From the NCBI GenBank assembly GCA_963719495.1, contig CAVRCI010000013.1, positions 672,001 to 736,000 on the forward strand: 64,000 nucleotides of DNA. The letters are read 5' to 3'. The DNA is from an uncultured Verrucomicrobiae bacterium (GTDB lineage: Bacteria > Verrucomicrobiota > Verrucomicrobiia > Chthoniobacterales > JAATET01). Positions within the stretch are counted from its first letter, which is position 1. Each line of letters begins with the position of its first letter. Positions 11,321 to 22,274 of this stretch are shown here, piece after piece. A model generated the notes under the pieces. The model saw only the letters and a list, made by a program, of their open reading frames with translations. It had not been told where the DNA came from and did no database searches. The translations under genes and the position numbers were made by a program.

Positions 11321-11714
11321 CAAGGCCAGCGAAGTTGCAGCTTGGTTGGCAAAATCCTAACGTGATCTCGAGGCGGCGCGACTGCTTGCGAGCGCCGAGT
11401 CACCAAAGCGGGACGTCGCTGTTTACCATTGTCAGCAAGCGGCCGAGAAAGCAGTGAAGGCGTGGCTGGTGGCCCGGGACATTCCCTTTGCGAAGACGCA
11501 TGATCTTGAGCGGCTTCTAAAGATGGATGGCGAGACTGACGGGTTGGACTCTCTGGCTGAAGCCGCCAGGCTACTGACACCCTATGCGACCGAATTTCGA
11601 TATCCCGGAGATGTCTTCGAACCGGAGCCATCCGAGTGTGATGAGGCTATTGCAATGGCAGCTGGAATTATCGAACAGATAGTCGAAATGGTCGATGGGT
11701 TGAGTGACGAGTGA
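11310..11714 (+). pseudogene. HEPN domain toxin with premature TAA
   Basis: W..K..DL..A, YHCQQAAEKAVKA, KTHDL, RYPG; TAA at 11358-11360 where paralog has CAA. Confidence 0.85.
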
Positions 11715-11867
11715 CGGAGGTCGGGGGGCGGGGTGTGAAGAGGATAGAGGATAGAGGTAAGAGGGAGGATGGCCTCGCCGGCGCTTGGAATGAAGAGCCG
11801 GGTTGCGGTCCCGTAACCCTGGACACGTGAGTTGGCGGCGGTAGCCCGCGGCCAATTTTATTTGGAC

Positions 11868-11960
11868 ATGAGTGAATCAATAATTTTTGGAGGCGAAGGC
11901 TTCATTGGGAGACATGTCGCCGAGCAATTGCTCGGCGGTGGGACGAGCGTCGAGAGTCGA
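11868..11960 (+). pseudogene. NAD-dependent epimerase N-terminal fragment
   Basis: MSESIIFGGEGFIG, same as 20895 copy; ends at heptamer tract plus ~90 bp element. Confidence 0.75.
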
Positions 11961-12976
11961 GAGCATTAGTCCCGTGGTGGCGGGACGAGGCAGACTGCAC
12001 CGGCTCTGCAGAGCAGCCCGCAGGGCAAGACGAGCGGGAGCGAGCGAGTCATGCGGTCGAGGGGTCGGTCATTCATATCGGCACATTTTAAGCCTTCGGT
12101 ATCGGATGACTGGTGAATGATCATTGGCGGCGGGGATGCAGACTTCAGCTTCTTCGTTCCCTTCGTTTTCTTCTGTAAAAATCGCATTGATGTTGTCGCG
12201 GGTTCGCCAAGTTGTGATCGGTCTGGTGGCGCTCAGTTTTCTGAGCGCCATTTTAGATTTTTTTCTGGCTGCCGACTTGGCTCACCGCTTGGGCAGCTTC
12301 GGGACTGATGAGGTTGCCAGCGAAACACGCGAATCGACGCAAATGCGTGACTCGTGAAAACGCGATCAATAAAACCGATGGGGTCAAATACGTGCAGAAA
12401 TCCGAAATCAGCAGCCGGGTTGAGACTCAGCGGACTGAGTCGGTCGGCCCGGCACTGGATTCGGTTGGTCGGTTGCCGGGAATGAGGATCGTTACGGGCG
12501 GCGCGAAGTTTGCTCAGATAAATTGCGTGAGTCCGGACGACTCCCGATCCTAGTATGCGGCCCCGATCTCACGACCGGGGCCATTTTTATTTTGCGAAAC
12601 AATCATTTGACCATTCTCGGGATCCGCTTCGACGTGGGCGGATCGGACCTCGTGGGATTGCTGCGCGCGGGAGGACTCGTCCAAGTGCCCTCGGGCCCTG
12701 GGCTGGCCGACGATTTATCGAACCTTTCCGCTTACCGGGACGCGTTGCTGGGCGCGGACTTCGTGATCCCGGACAGCGGGCTGATGGTCCTCGTCTGGAA
12801 TCGGTTCCTGCGTCGACCGGACCAGCCGAGACTGGAGCGTTACTCGGGGCTGAAACTCCTTCGCGATCTCCTGCCGGAGGCCGACGTGAAGCGGGCGGGG
12901 GCGTCGTTCTGGGTGATGCCGACGAAGGCGGAACAGGACCACAATCTGGCTTGGCTGCGAGGGCGGAGTCACGCGC

Positions 12977-14463
12977 TGTCGGCGACTGTTCAAAAGCGGA
13001 ATTCTCGCCTGTTCAAAAGCGAACAGCGATTTTAGAGGCTGAAGTGGCCTAGAATGGGGGGCCAGACGGTTTTGGGAGGGTGTTCGACGACCCAGAAACG
13101 GCTTCCGGGATGGTGGACGATGGTGACGCTCTTGCGCTGGGTGTTGGAGATCTCGTAGTTGGAGCCATCGAAGTCGATGGTGTGGTCATTGTTCACCCGG
13201 CGGGAGCAGCGGATTGAGAGGTGTAAGTCTAGGAGCGCGGAAGGCGGGATGGGGCGCATGCGCCCGCTGTCGCCAAGCGACTGCGCTTCCCACAGATGGA
13301 GCGGGACCTTGCCGGTGGAGCGATTGACGGTACGGTTCTGCCTGGCAATCTCCATCTGAAGAATTTCGTCGGCCTGGGGCCAAGTTTTGGCGCTGGCATG
13401 GGCGAGTAGTGTGACGAGCCGTCTCTGGAAAGTCCCGAAACGGCGCTCGATCTTACCCTTAGCTTGTGGGGTCGGTGCCACTAAGTGAGCGACGCCGAGT
13501 CCGCGGAGGGCGCGTTGGAATTCACTCTTAGGATCGCAGTGATCGCCGCTGGAACTTGGCCCGAAGAGGCTGAGGCCATCAGTGTAAACGATCTGCGGCA
13601 GGCCCCAGGTCTCGAAGGATTCGCGGAAATGTCCGAAATGGTTCCAAGTGGTATCGGATTCCACGAAGCGACCTGCTAGATTCAGGCCCGAATGGTCGTC
13701 GACGGTGAGCAGTAAAGTCTGTTTAGCGGCGGCGGGCCACCATTGGTGGATCGAACTGTCGTGCTGCCAAAGTTCGCCGATGCGAGCGCGACGGAAGCGC
13801 CGATAAACGCGAGGCTTGCGGGTCGGCGAGGGCACCAGATGGGCGTAGCGCGCTTTGACGTGGGTCTCGACGACCGAGCGCGCCCGAACGAATCCGCAGA
13901 GTCGCTCAAGTTCGTCGGCGACTAACTGGTAATTGGGTGGGTTCTGAAGCGGCAGAAACTCTTGGAGAAAGCGTTCAACTTCGGGCGGCCAGTCGGCGCG
14001 ACGAGCGCCCCCGCTGGCAGCCGGGGCGTAGGAATTACGATTTGCGAGGTAGGCCGTGCGGAGTTCATAGAGCCTGGTTTTGCCGATGCCTAACTGGCTT
14101 GCGGCATTGCTGGCATCGAGAAGTCCTGCATTGAAATCTGCAAGTGTGCGACGGACTAAATCTGGCGGGAGACGGTGGGTAATCTGCTTCTTTTCAATCC
14201 GGGATAATCGACCAGGCGAGCGCGCAAGCCAGCGCGTTCCACAAACGCTTCACCCCAACGGCTGGTATCCTTGGGGCACTGGGGCCGGGGAGCAGGCGCG
14301 CACGCGGGAAGCGCCTCTCCGTCAGCCTCCGCTACGCTCCGGCCTCCTCCGAGGCGCTTCCCGCGTCTCCCAATACAACGCCCCAAAACCCCCAATCCAC
14401 TTTTGAACAGTCTCTCATTCCGCTTTTGAACAGTCTCCGTTCACTTTTGAACAGGCCCCGACA
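12977..14463 (-). mobile_element. IS1202/ISNCY-like insertion sequence, copy 1 (1487 bp, 16-bp TSD)
   Basis: TIRs TGTCGG.G.CTGTTCAAAAG; repeated subterminal CTGTTCAAAAG; TSD GGGCGGAGTCACGCGC at 12961-12976 and 14464-14479. Confidence 0.9.
13032..14198 (-). CDS. DDE (rve-type) transposase with N-terminal HTH
   Basis: LWQHDSSIHQW, VDDHSG, YTD, PQAKGKIERRFGTFQ; frame open to ATT at 14198 including HTH-like AASQLGIGKTRLYEL; start uncertain. Confidence 0.85.
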   Translation of the reverse strand: MEKKQITHRLPPDLVRRTLADFNAGLLDASNAASQLGIGKTRLYELRTAYLANRNSYAPAASGGARRADWPPEVERFLQEFLPLQNPPNYQLVADELERLCGFVRARSVVETHVKARYAHLVPSPTRKPRVYRRFRRARIGELWQHDSSIHQWWPAAAKQTLLLTVDDHSGLNLAGRFVESDTTWNHFGHFRESFETWGLPQIVYTDGLSLFGPSSSGDHCDPKSEFQRALRGLGVAHLVAPTPQAKGKIERRFGTFQRRLVTLLAHASAKTWPQADEILQMEIARQNRTVNRSTGKVPLHLWEAQSLGDSGRMRPIPPSALLDLHLSIRCSRRVNNDHTIDFDGSNYEISNTQRKSVTIVHHPGSRFWVVEHPPKTVWPPILGHFSL

Positions 14464-14921
14464 GGGCGGAGTCACGCGCTAACCGACGACGATTGCTACT
14501 TGGCTCCTCATTACCGCGACCGTCTGGGACCGGACGGCGGGGTGACGGATGCGGAGTTGCTGGCGATGATCGAGCGTCGGAGGCCGGCCTACGTGTTCGT
14601 GAATGTCGGGAGCGGGGTGCAGGAACAGCTGGGCTGGTATCTGCGGAAGAACCTGTCTTACAAACCGGCCATTCTTTGCACGGGCGCGGCCATCGCGTTT
14701 CTCACCGGCGGTCAGGCCCCGATCCCGCCGTGGGCGGACCGGTTTTATCTCGGGTGGTTGCTGCGGGTGATGCGGAATCCGGCTCGCTTCGGGTCGCGGT
14801 ATCTGAGCGCGTTCAAGCTAGTGCCGTTGATGCTGAAGTATCGGGAGCGGCTGCCGCCGTTGAGGGGCGCAGCGGAGTTGCGGTGACGAGCTTCGGGAAT
14901 GCAAATACGGTTTTTGAACAT

Positions 14922-15011
14922 AGCACCGGAGCCGCGGGACGGCTCGGGGCAGACTGCGCCGGTTCTGCGGTGCAGCCCGAAGGGTGAGACGAACAGGCGT
15001 GAGCGAATCAA
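14922..15011 (+). mobile_element. ~90 bp miniature element AGCA(C/T)CGG...GGCAGACTGC...GCAGCCCG.AGGG...GAGTCAA
   Basis: Copies at ~11962, 14922, 20472, 24214, 24849 (longer), 30452 (partial), 31043, 58623; absent at the paralogous sites ~23860 and ~27826. Confidence 0.8.
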
Positions 15012-15281
15012 CGTCGCAAAGGTCACAAAGGGATACAGGGGTGGCTAGTGACGCGTGGCGCGTTGGATCTGACCCGTCACCGGCTATTCGTAACCCGCAA
15101 CTCATCGCCATTCCTCCGCGTCTCGGCGCGAGATGACTTCCTCTCAACTCTCAACTGGGGCGACCGGGTCCGAGAGCGGTATTTCCAATCACCAACAACT
15201 ACCAACCAATAACTTTGGGGAGGTCGGTGGACCGCTTTTCCTGAGTTTGACATCTGGATCTGGCTGTGGGAATTTCCCACG

Positions 15282-15524
15282 GTGGAAGCTGTGACCAAAT
15301 TAGATTCCAGGAGGCGGGGGGTGTTTCCGGCTCCGTTTCAGCCGGGTGATATTCTGGTGAGGGATGCGCAGGACGCTGAGCGGGTAACATTTCGGCTCAT
15401 CAAGCCGGGGGAAGTGGAGTGTGTGGAGGTGACGACACGCGGAGGAAGGACAATGCTGCCGCCGACGAGGGCCGCTGCGGAGACGATCGCTGCTGCGATT
15501 CGTGCGGAACGCGATGCGAGGTAG
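15282..15524 (+). CDS. AbrB-like antitoxin
   Basis: KLDSRRRGVFP.PFQPGD; overlaps PIN gene; preceded by TTGACA and palindrome GTGGGAATTTCCCAC. Confidence 0.6.
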   Translation: MEAVTKLDSRRRGVFPAPFQPGDILVRDAQDAERVTFRLIKPGEVECVEVTTRGGRTMLPPTRAAAETIAAAIRAERDAR

Positions 15525-15918
15525 TCGACTCTATTGGGATGCCTCGGCGTTGGTGGAAGCCTTGCAGTCGGATGGAGTGAGGGATCGACTGGAGGCAGGT
15601 GGTGGTTGGACGAGGCCGCATTCGCTGGCGGAGGTGTTTTCGACTCTCACCGGTGGCCGACTGGGGTTTCGGTGCCAGCCGGACGATGCGTTCCGAATGA
15701 TTCGCGAATTAACGGTTTCCGTCGAACTGGTCGAACTGGACGGGGAGGACACTCTTGCTGCCTTGTCTCATTGTCAGGAATCGGGCGTGCGTGGTGGACT
15801 GGTGCACGATCTCCTTCACGCGGCTGCCGCAGAAAAAGCGAGCGCTGAACGGATCCTGACGCTGAACAAGCGGGATTTTCTGAGCTTCGGATGCCGACTT
15901 CCGCTTGAATGTCCCTGA
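15514..15918 (+). CDS. PIN domain (VapC-like) toxin
   Basis: YWDASALV, HSLAEVFSTLT, GGLVHDLLH, ILTLNKRDF. Confidence 0.85.
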   Translation: MRGSRLYWDASALVEALQSDGVRDRLEAGGGWTRPHSLAEVFSTLTGGRLGFRCQPDDAFRMIRELTVSVELVELDGEDTLAALSHCQESGVRGGLVHDLLHAAAAEKASAERILTLNKRDFLSFGCRLPLECP

Positions 15919-16002
15919 ACGAATGAGGACGAGGCGACGTTGTCGCGTTGGCGTGGAGGGGGTAGCGGGAGTCAATGACGAGTGCGGTGTCTCCTACAAC
16001 TA

Positions 16003-17216
16003 GTATCCTGTAACGACTAAAGCTGCGGATATAACCGTCTCAATTTGACCCGCGCGTCGGCGGTGGTGAAGCGCCACGAAGTGGTGCGGGCGGCTTCGTT
16101 CCGGGCGGCCTCCCAAGCCGCGACTTCCGAGCGCAGCGTTTCAATGTTAGGAATGCGACGATTCAGGCATTGGGACTGAAGGACACTGAACTCGATCTCA
16201 GCGACATTGAGCCAACTGCCATGTTTTGGGGTGTAGTGGATTTCAAGGCGTTCGGCCAATCGGCGAGCTTCTTGGGGAGGGAATGCCTCGTAGAGCGAAG
16301 CGATGTTGTGCGTGTTGGGGTTGTCCATGACCAAGCGCACCTTGGTCGCGTGGGGATAGCGTTCGTCGAGCATGCTGCGAATGAACTGGGCCCATTGGAT
16401 GCGGGTGCGGCGTTCGGTGATTTCCAGATGTCTGCGTCCGCCCAGCGGCTCGACTTCGAGGAAAATTTCGGCCACGCCGTTGCGGACGTATTCGTGGTCT
16501 TCGATCCGCGCCCTGCCGGGAGCGCTGGCGATGGGCGCGTGGACTTCGCCAACGAGTTGCTTGCTCGACTCATCCATACAGACGAGGGGGAAGCGCGCAT
16601 CGTAGGGTGCGTGATAGAGTTCGAGAACGTCCTCCATGCAAGCAACGAAAGCGGCGCTGCCGTCTGGAGGGATCTTCCAATATTTGCTCAGATGAGGGCG
16701 TAATTCGTTTTTTTTAGAGACCGCTGAATGGTCATCGTCGAAACGCTGGGGGCAATCTTGAGTTCCACGACTTTGTCGGCGAGAAGACGGACGGTCCACC
16801 GGGCGCGTCCATCGGGAGGATCGGAGCACGCCAAGGCGGTCACCCTCGCGTCAAAGGCTCCATCGAAGGTAATCCTCGGAGGACCGGTTCTCGGCTTGCG
16901 TCCAAGCGCTGCCTCCAACCCATCCTCCACGAAGCGCTCCTTGATGTGTTCGACGGTGCGAACGCCGATCCCCAGAGCACTGGCGACATCCGCCACCCTC
17001 CACACTGTTCTACCTGGCGCGTGCTCGCCAACGTCGCAAAGTAAAAGCGTTCGAGCATGCACACATCGCTTGGCGTCGGTTTTGGAAGTCCGGCCCAGCG
17101 CGCTCAAATACTCACGTTCGGACTCGGTTAAAGTGATGCGATATCGATTTGCCATCCACCCACATACCGCTCCGATGAGCGCGACTCAATACGCAATATA
17201 GCGCGTTACAGGATAC
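16003..17216 (-). mobile_element. IS630 family insertion sequence
   Basis: IRs GTATCCTGTAACG / CGTTACAGGATAC, flanking TA duplication in a CTAG target. Confidence 0.9.
16017..17155 (-). CDS. IS630 transposase, two ORFs joined by a likely -1 frameshift
   Basis: HTH ORF 17155-16688 (RWTVRLLA) and DDE ORF (MDE, VMDN, TPKHGSWLNVAE) overlap at an A8 run (16708-16715). Confidence 0.9.
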
Positions 17217-17513
17217 TAGTAACCAGTAACAATCAACTGTATCTCAGCCCTCCGCGTCTCAGCGGTTGCTGGCCTGGCCGTTGCTGCGCATCCGTTGCAG
17301 CGGCGGGATAAAAGTATTAATACAGGGACTCGCGCAGAGACGCCGAGGCGCAGAGTGGCGAGTGGCGAGTGGCGAGGGTGTCTCCAAGAACCAACAACTA
17401 TCAACCAATAGCCAGTGGCTGGTGGCTGGTGGCTGGTGGCGTGGGTCTGAAGTCTGAAGTCTGATGTAAGAGGTTCGGAGGCAGTTCGCCCGTCATCCTC
17501 GGCGCGCCAGCCG

Positions 17514-17927
17514 TTACGCTGGGACAAAAATGGTCCGATCCGGCCAGTGCTTGACCAATCGCGCGTCTCGCGTTGCGAGTTTGCACCCGGCTTCCGTCGC
17601 GATTTGAACGAGGTAATTGTCCTGAATCTCTCGATGACGTCCGGCAGAAGTGATGAATTCCTCCTGGGGTGAATTTGACACAATCCACCTGGGTGCGGGT
17701 GCTGAGACGAATCTTTGAAGCATCGTCCACGCTTGAAGTGCGGTCAGTGGAGCCTGATTCATGACATCTGGGTTCATCGAAAGCCGCAGATAAGCGAGTC
17801 GGACTTCCAAACAGGTCGCCAGACCCGATCTCCGATGACCGACGATCCAATGCCGGAACGCGCGATGGTGCGGGTGGGCTTCCGTGATCGCGCCGAAGAC
17901 GATGTTGGCATCGAGCAGGAACTTCAC
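17514..17927 (-). CDS. PIN domain (VapC-like) toxin
   Basis: FLLDANIV, H.HH, D.YL..IA, LATRD. Confidence 0.85.
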   Translation of the reverse strand: MKFLLDANIVFGAITEAHPHHRAFRHWIVGHRRSGLATCLEVRLAYLRLSMNPDVMNQAPLTALQAWTMLQRFVSAPAPRWIVSNSPQEEFITSAGRHREIQDNYLVQIATEAGCKLATRDARLVKHWPDRTIFVPA

Positions 17928-18178
17928 AAAATTTCGTCGAGTGCTTGATCGATGGAATTTTGGTCGATGAGTTCCTCCGGGCGGGTTCGCCGAACGGTTG
18001 GAAAGTCCGAATCGAGATCCAACGCTCGAGTGCTCGAATCAGATTTGCACCCGAATTTTGCTCGCACGGCTTCTGCGACAAGAAGCGAGAGGGGGGCCCT
18101 CCCGCGCCCGCCTCGACGAGCGGATTCGTGGCGCAAAGTGGCACTCACATCCTGAAGCAAATCCAGGGTCGTCCGCAT
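17924..18178 (-). CDS. VapB-like antitoxin
   Basis: MRTTLDL... RHH-like start, 4-nt overlap with PIN gene, TTGACA upstream. Confidence 0.75.
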   Translation of the reverse strand: MRTTLDLLQDVSATLRHESARRGGRGRAPLSLLVAEAVRAKFGCKSDSSTRALDLDSDFPTVRRTRPEELIDQNSIDQALDEIL

Positions 18179-18230
18179 GGTTATGCGTTTATGGTATCGC
18201 GATGGCCATGTCAACGGAACGTTTCGCGGG

Positions 18231-19717
18231 TGTCGGCGACTGTTCAAAAGCGGAATTCTCGCCTGTTCAAAAGCGAACAGCGATTTTAGAGGCTGAAGTG
18301 GCCTAGAATGGGGGGCCAGACGGTTTTGGGAGGGTGTTCGACGACCCAGAAACGGCTTCCGGGATGGTGGACGATGGTGACGCTCTTGCGCTGGGTGTTG
18401 GAGATCTCGTAGTTGGAGCCATCGAAGTCGATGGTGTGGTCATTGTTCACCCGGCGGGAGCAGCGGATTGAGAGGTGTAAGTCTAGGAGCGCGGAAGGCG
18501 GGATGGGGCGCATGCGCCCGCTGTCGCCAAGCGACTGCGCTTCCCACAGATGGAGCGGGACCTTGCCGGTGGAGCGATTGACGGTACGGTTCTGCCTGGC
18601 AATCTCCATCTGAAGAATTTCGTCGGCCTGGGGCCAAGTTTTGGCGCTGGCATGGGCGAGTAGTGTGACGAGCCGTCTCTGGAAAGTCCCGAAACGGCGC
18701 TCGATCTTACCCTTAGCTTGTGGGGTCGGTGCCACTAAGTGAGCGACGCCGAGTCCGCGGAGGGCGCGTTGGAATTCACTCTTAGGATCGCAGTGATCGC
18801 CGCTGGAACTTGGCCCGAAGAGGCTGAGGCCATCAGTGTAAACGATCTGCGGCAGGCCCCAGGTCTCGAAGGATTCGCGGAAATGTCCGAAATGGTTCCA
18901 AGTGGTATCGGATTCCACGAAGCGACCTGCTAGATTCAGGCCCGAATGGTCGTCGACGGTGAGCAGTAAAGTCTGTTTAGCGGCGGCGGGCCACCATTAG
19001 TGGATCGAACTGTCGTGCTGCCAAAGTTCGCCGATGCGAGCGCGACGGAAGCGCCGATAAACGCGAGGCTTGCGGGTCGGCGAGGGCACCAGATGGGCGT
19101 AGCGCGCTTTGACGTGGGTCTCGACGACCGAGCGCGCCCGAACGAATCCGCAGAGTCGCTCAAGTTCGTCGGCGACTAACTGGTAATTGGGTGGGTTCTG
19201 AAGCGGCAGAAACTCTTGGAGAAAGCGTTCAACTTCGGGCGGCCAGTCGGCGCGACGAGCGCCCCCGCTGGCAGCCGGGGCGTAGGAATTACGATTTGCG
19301 AGGTAGGCCGTGCGGAGTTCATAGAGCCTGGTTTTGCCGATGCCTAACTGGCTTGCGGCATTGCTGGCATCGAGAAGTCCTGCATTGAAATCTGCAAGTG
19401 TGCGACGGACTAAATCTGGCGGGAGACGGTGGGTAATCTGCTTCTTTTCAATCCGGGATAATCGACCAGGCGAGCGCGCAAGCCAGCGCGTTCCACAAAC
19501 GCTTCACCCCAACGGCTGGTATCCTTGGGGCACTGGGGCCGGGGAGCAGGCGCGCACGCGGGAAGCGCCTCTCCGTCAGCCTCCGCTACGCTCCGGCCTC
19601 CTCCGAGGCGCTTCCCGCGTCTCCCAATACAACGCCCCAAAACCCCCAATCCACTTTTGAACAGTCTCTCATTCCGCTTTTGAACAGTCTCCGTTCACTT
19701 TTGAACAGGCCCCGACA
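18231..19717 (-). mobile_element. IS1202/ISNCY-like insertion sequence, copy 2 (transposase has nonsense mutation)
   Basis: Matches copy 1 except CAA->TAA at 18999; TSD CGGAACGTTTCGCGGG at 18215-18230 and 19718-19733. Confidence 0.9.
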
Positions 19718-19841
19718 CGGAACGTTTCGCGGGTGGCGGGCTGCGGTGATCCGAGTCATTTGGTTGACCAAGAATGGGGAGTTCGATGGTAATTGCTGAA
19801 TTCAATGAGGGAATCGCGCGGAGGCGCAGAGGGGGGGGGCG

Positions 19842-19925
19842 GAGGTCTGAGGTCTGAGGTCTGAGGTCTGAGGTCTGAGCGACGGCGTTACCAAAAACCA
19901 AAAACCAAAAACCAGGAACCAAGGA
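19842..19925 (+). repeat. Heptamer tandem tracts (GAGGTCT)x5 and (ACCAAAA)x3 plus variants
   Basis: Directly visible; example of many 7-bp tracts across 4750-33740. Confidence 0.9.
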
Positions 19926-19989
19926 CTGCTATTGGGTAACGAGTGGTTTGTGGCTGGTGGCGAGCAGACTGTGGGAAGAGAGTTTTGGA

Positions 19990-20346
19990 ATGAAGGTCGG
20001 AGAAGCTTCGCAATCGGGCATCGGTGATGGTGGTGTCGATGAGTTCACCGCCGATACCGTATCCAGACTCCGGAAGGGTTTGACCCCTGGCGCGATTTAT
20101 TTGTTTGGATCCCATGCACGGGGCGATACGACCCCGGACTGTGACGCGGATTTTCTGGTGGTGATTCGCAACTCTTCTCTTCCGCGGCATCGGCGTAGCC
20201 AGCTCGCGCGAGCCGTCGCGGCCAACACGTCGTTCTCCAAGGACATCGTGGTCCTCACTCGGGAGGAGTGGGAGCGGGGATTGAGGATTCCGGTTTCCCT
20301 GGCCAGCACGGTCCAGCGGGAGGGGCGACGATTTTATGAACGCTGA
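19990..20346 (+). CDS. MNT antitoxin, copy 2
   Basis: Near-identical to 10964-11320 (DSDVD -> DCDAD). Confidence 0.85.
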   Translation: MKVGEASQSGIGDGGVDEFTADTVSRLRKGLTPGAIYLFGSHARGDTTPDCDADFLVVIRNSSLPRHRRSQLARAVAANTSFSKDIVVLTREEWERGLRIPVSLASTVQREGRRFYER

Positions 20347-20820
20347 CAAGGCCGGCGAAGTTGCAGCTTGGTTGGCAAAATCCCAACGTGATCTCGAGGC
20401 GGCGCGACTGCTGGCGAGCGCCGAGTCACCAAAGCGGGACGTCGCTGTTTACCATTGTCAGCAATCGGCCGAGCATCGGCGGCAGGGATGGCGCGGGGCA
20501 GACTGCGCCGGCTCTGCGGTGCAGCCCGCAGGGCGACATGAGCGGGAGCGAAGGAGTCAAAAACGGAGCTTGGGATCGCCCGGGACATTCCCTTTGTGAA
20601 GACGCATGATCTTGAGCGGCTTTTGAAGATGGATGGCGAGACTGACGGGTTGGACTTTCTGGCTGAAGCCGCCAGGCTACTGACACCCTGTGCGACCGAA
20701 TTTCGATACCCCGGAGATGCCTTCGAACCGGAGTCATCCGAGTGTGATGAGGCTATTGCAACGGCAGCTGGAATTATCGAACAGGTAGTCGAGATGGTCG
20801 ATGGGTTGAGTGGCAAGTGA
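20336..20820 (+). pseudogene. HEPN toxin copy 2, disrupted by the ~90 bp element
   Basis: Segment encoding KAVKAWLV replaced by element 20472-20560 plus short filler. Confidence 0.85.
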
Positions 20821-20894
20821 CGGAGGTCGGAAGGCGACGTTGCGACCGGTAGTATCTGCGCAAATCCGCGCTATCTGTGGTGGGTCTGTAGTCA

Positions 20895-21913
20895 ATGAGT
20901 GAATCAATAATTTTTGGCGGCGAAGGCTTCATTGGGAGGCATCTGGCCGAGCGGTTGCTCGGGGAGGTCAAAAGTCCAAGGTCGAAGGTCGATAATGAAT
21001 CGCCGGGGCGATTGGAAGTAGGTTCGGTCGTGTCGGTGGATTTGGCGGAGTCGGATCGGCCGCAGGGCGCGGCTCGTCAATTTGTTCAGCATGACGTCCG
21101 GGAACCCCTTTCGACCCTCGACGCTCGACTCCCACCGCTATCTATAACTTCGCTGCCGTTCATCGGACGCCGGGGCATCCGGAGCGGGAGTATTTCGAGA
21201 CGAACCTGCTTGGCGCGGAGAATGTGTGTGCGTTTGCCCGGCAGAACGAGGTGCGGACGATTGTCTTCACGAGTTCGATTGCGCCCTACGGGGCCTCGGA
21301 GGTGATCAAGACGGAGGACACGCTACCTTCCCCGAACACGGCGTATGGAATCTCGAAGCTGGTGGCGGAGCACATTCACCGGACTTGGCAGGCGGAGCGC
21401 TCGGACGAACGTCGGCTCGTGATCGTACGGCCGGGGGTGGTCTTTGGTGCGGGCGAGGGCGGAAACGTGACGCGACTCGCAGGGGCGATGGCGCGGAAGC
21501 GATTTGTGTATCCGGGACGTAAGGACACGATCAAGGCCTGCATCTACGTGAAGGACCTGGCGCGGCTGCTGATCGAAATGGCAGCCCGACCCGAGCCGGG
21601 CGTGTTTCTCTATAACCTCACGTATGAGCCCGCCCCGACGATCGAGGAGATTTGCGGCGCGATCTCGCGGGTGACCGGTGCGCCGGAACCGAGCCTGGTC
21701 GTGCCGGGCGCGGCTCTGCGAGCGGTCGCCGCGGCTTTGACCCCGCTCCAAGGTCTCTGTGGCGGGTTTCACCCGGATCGCGTGAAGAAGCTGATGATCT
21801 CCAACAATATCTCCGGCAAGCGACTGTTGGAGGATGGGTATGAGCTGCAATTCCGGCTTGAAGAAGCCCTGCGCGATTGGTGGATGGACTGTGGGGAGAA
21901 GGGGCTCGTTTAG
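20895..21913 (+). pseudogene. NAD-dependent epimerase/dehydratase with one frameshift
   Basis: GGEGFIG, then in another frame IYNFAAVHRTPGH, FTSSIAPYG, YGISK (YxxxK); shift lies at or next to heptamer tract ~21110-21135. Confidence 0.85.
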
Positions 21914-22274
21914 CGGCAATAAGGCGCAAGAAGCTGAATAGGGAATTCGTAATACCAATGCGGAACTCGCGCGGAGGCGCAGAGACGCAGAGGATGATAT
22001 AAATGCGGATGAGGAAGAGCTGAAAACAAAGAACGGATGAAATCCAAGGAAGCTGAATCTTTAAAAAATTCCCTCCGCGTCTCAGCGGTTGCTGGCCTGG
22101 CCGTTGCTGCGCATCCGTTGCAGCTGCGGGATAAAAGTATCAATGCAGGAACTCGCGCAGAGGCGCCGAGTGGGGGGCGGGAGTCGGAAAGCGGAGGCCA
22201 GTGGTTCAGAGGCCAGTGGGTCGGTAGGTGGTTCGGTGGTTCGGTAAACACGGTGGGGTTGCGTCGATCGTGAA

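Larger units (their letters stand above)
12592..14886 (+). pseudogene. WecB/TagA/CpsF glycosyltransferase copy 2, interrupted by IS
   Basis: Near-identical to 9853-10629; split at 12976/14464 by insertion. Confidence 0.9.

Noticed and set aside
14395..14455. IS end repeats (TTTTGAACAG) as the source of host TTTTGAACAG repeats
   Set aside because: Only ~10 bp shared; host copies lack the TGT/ACA terminus and TSDs, so this is probably coincidence.
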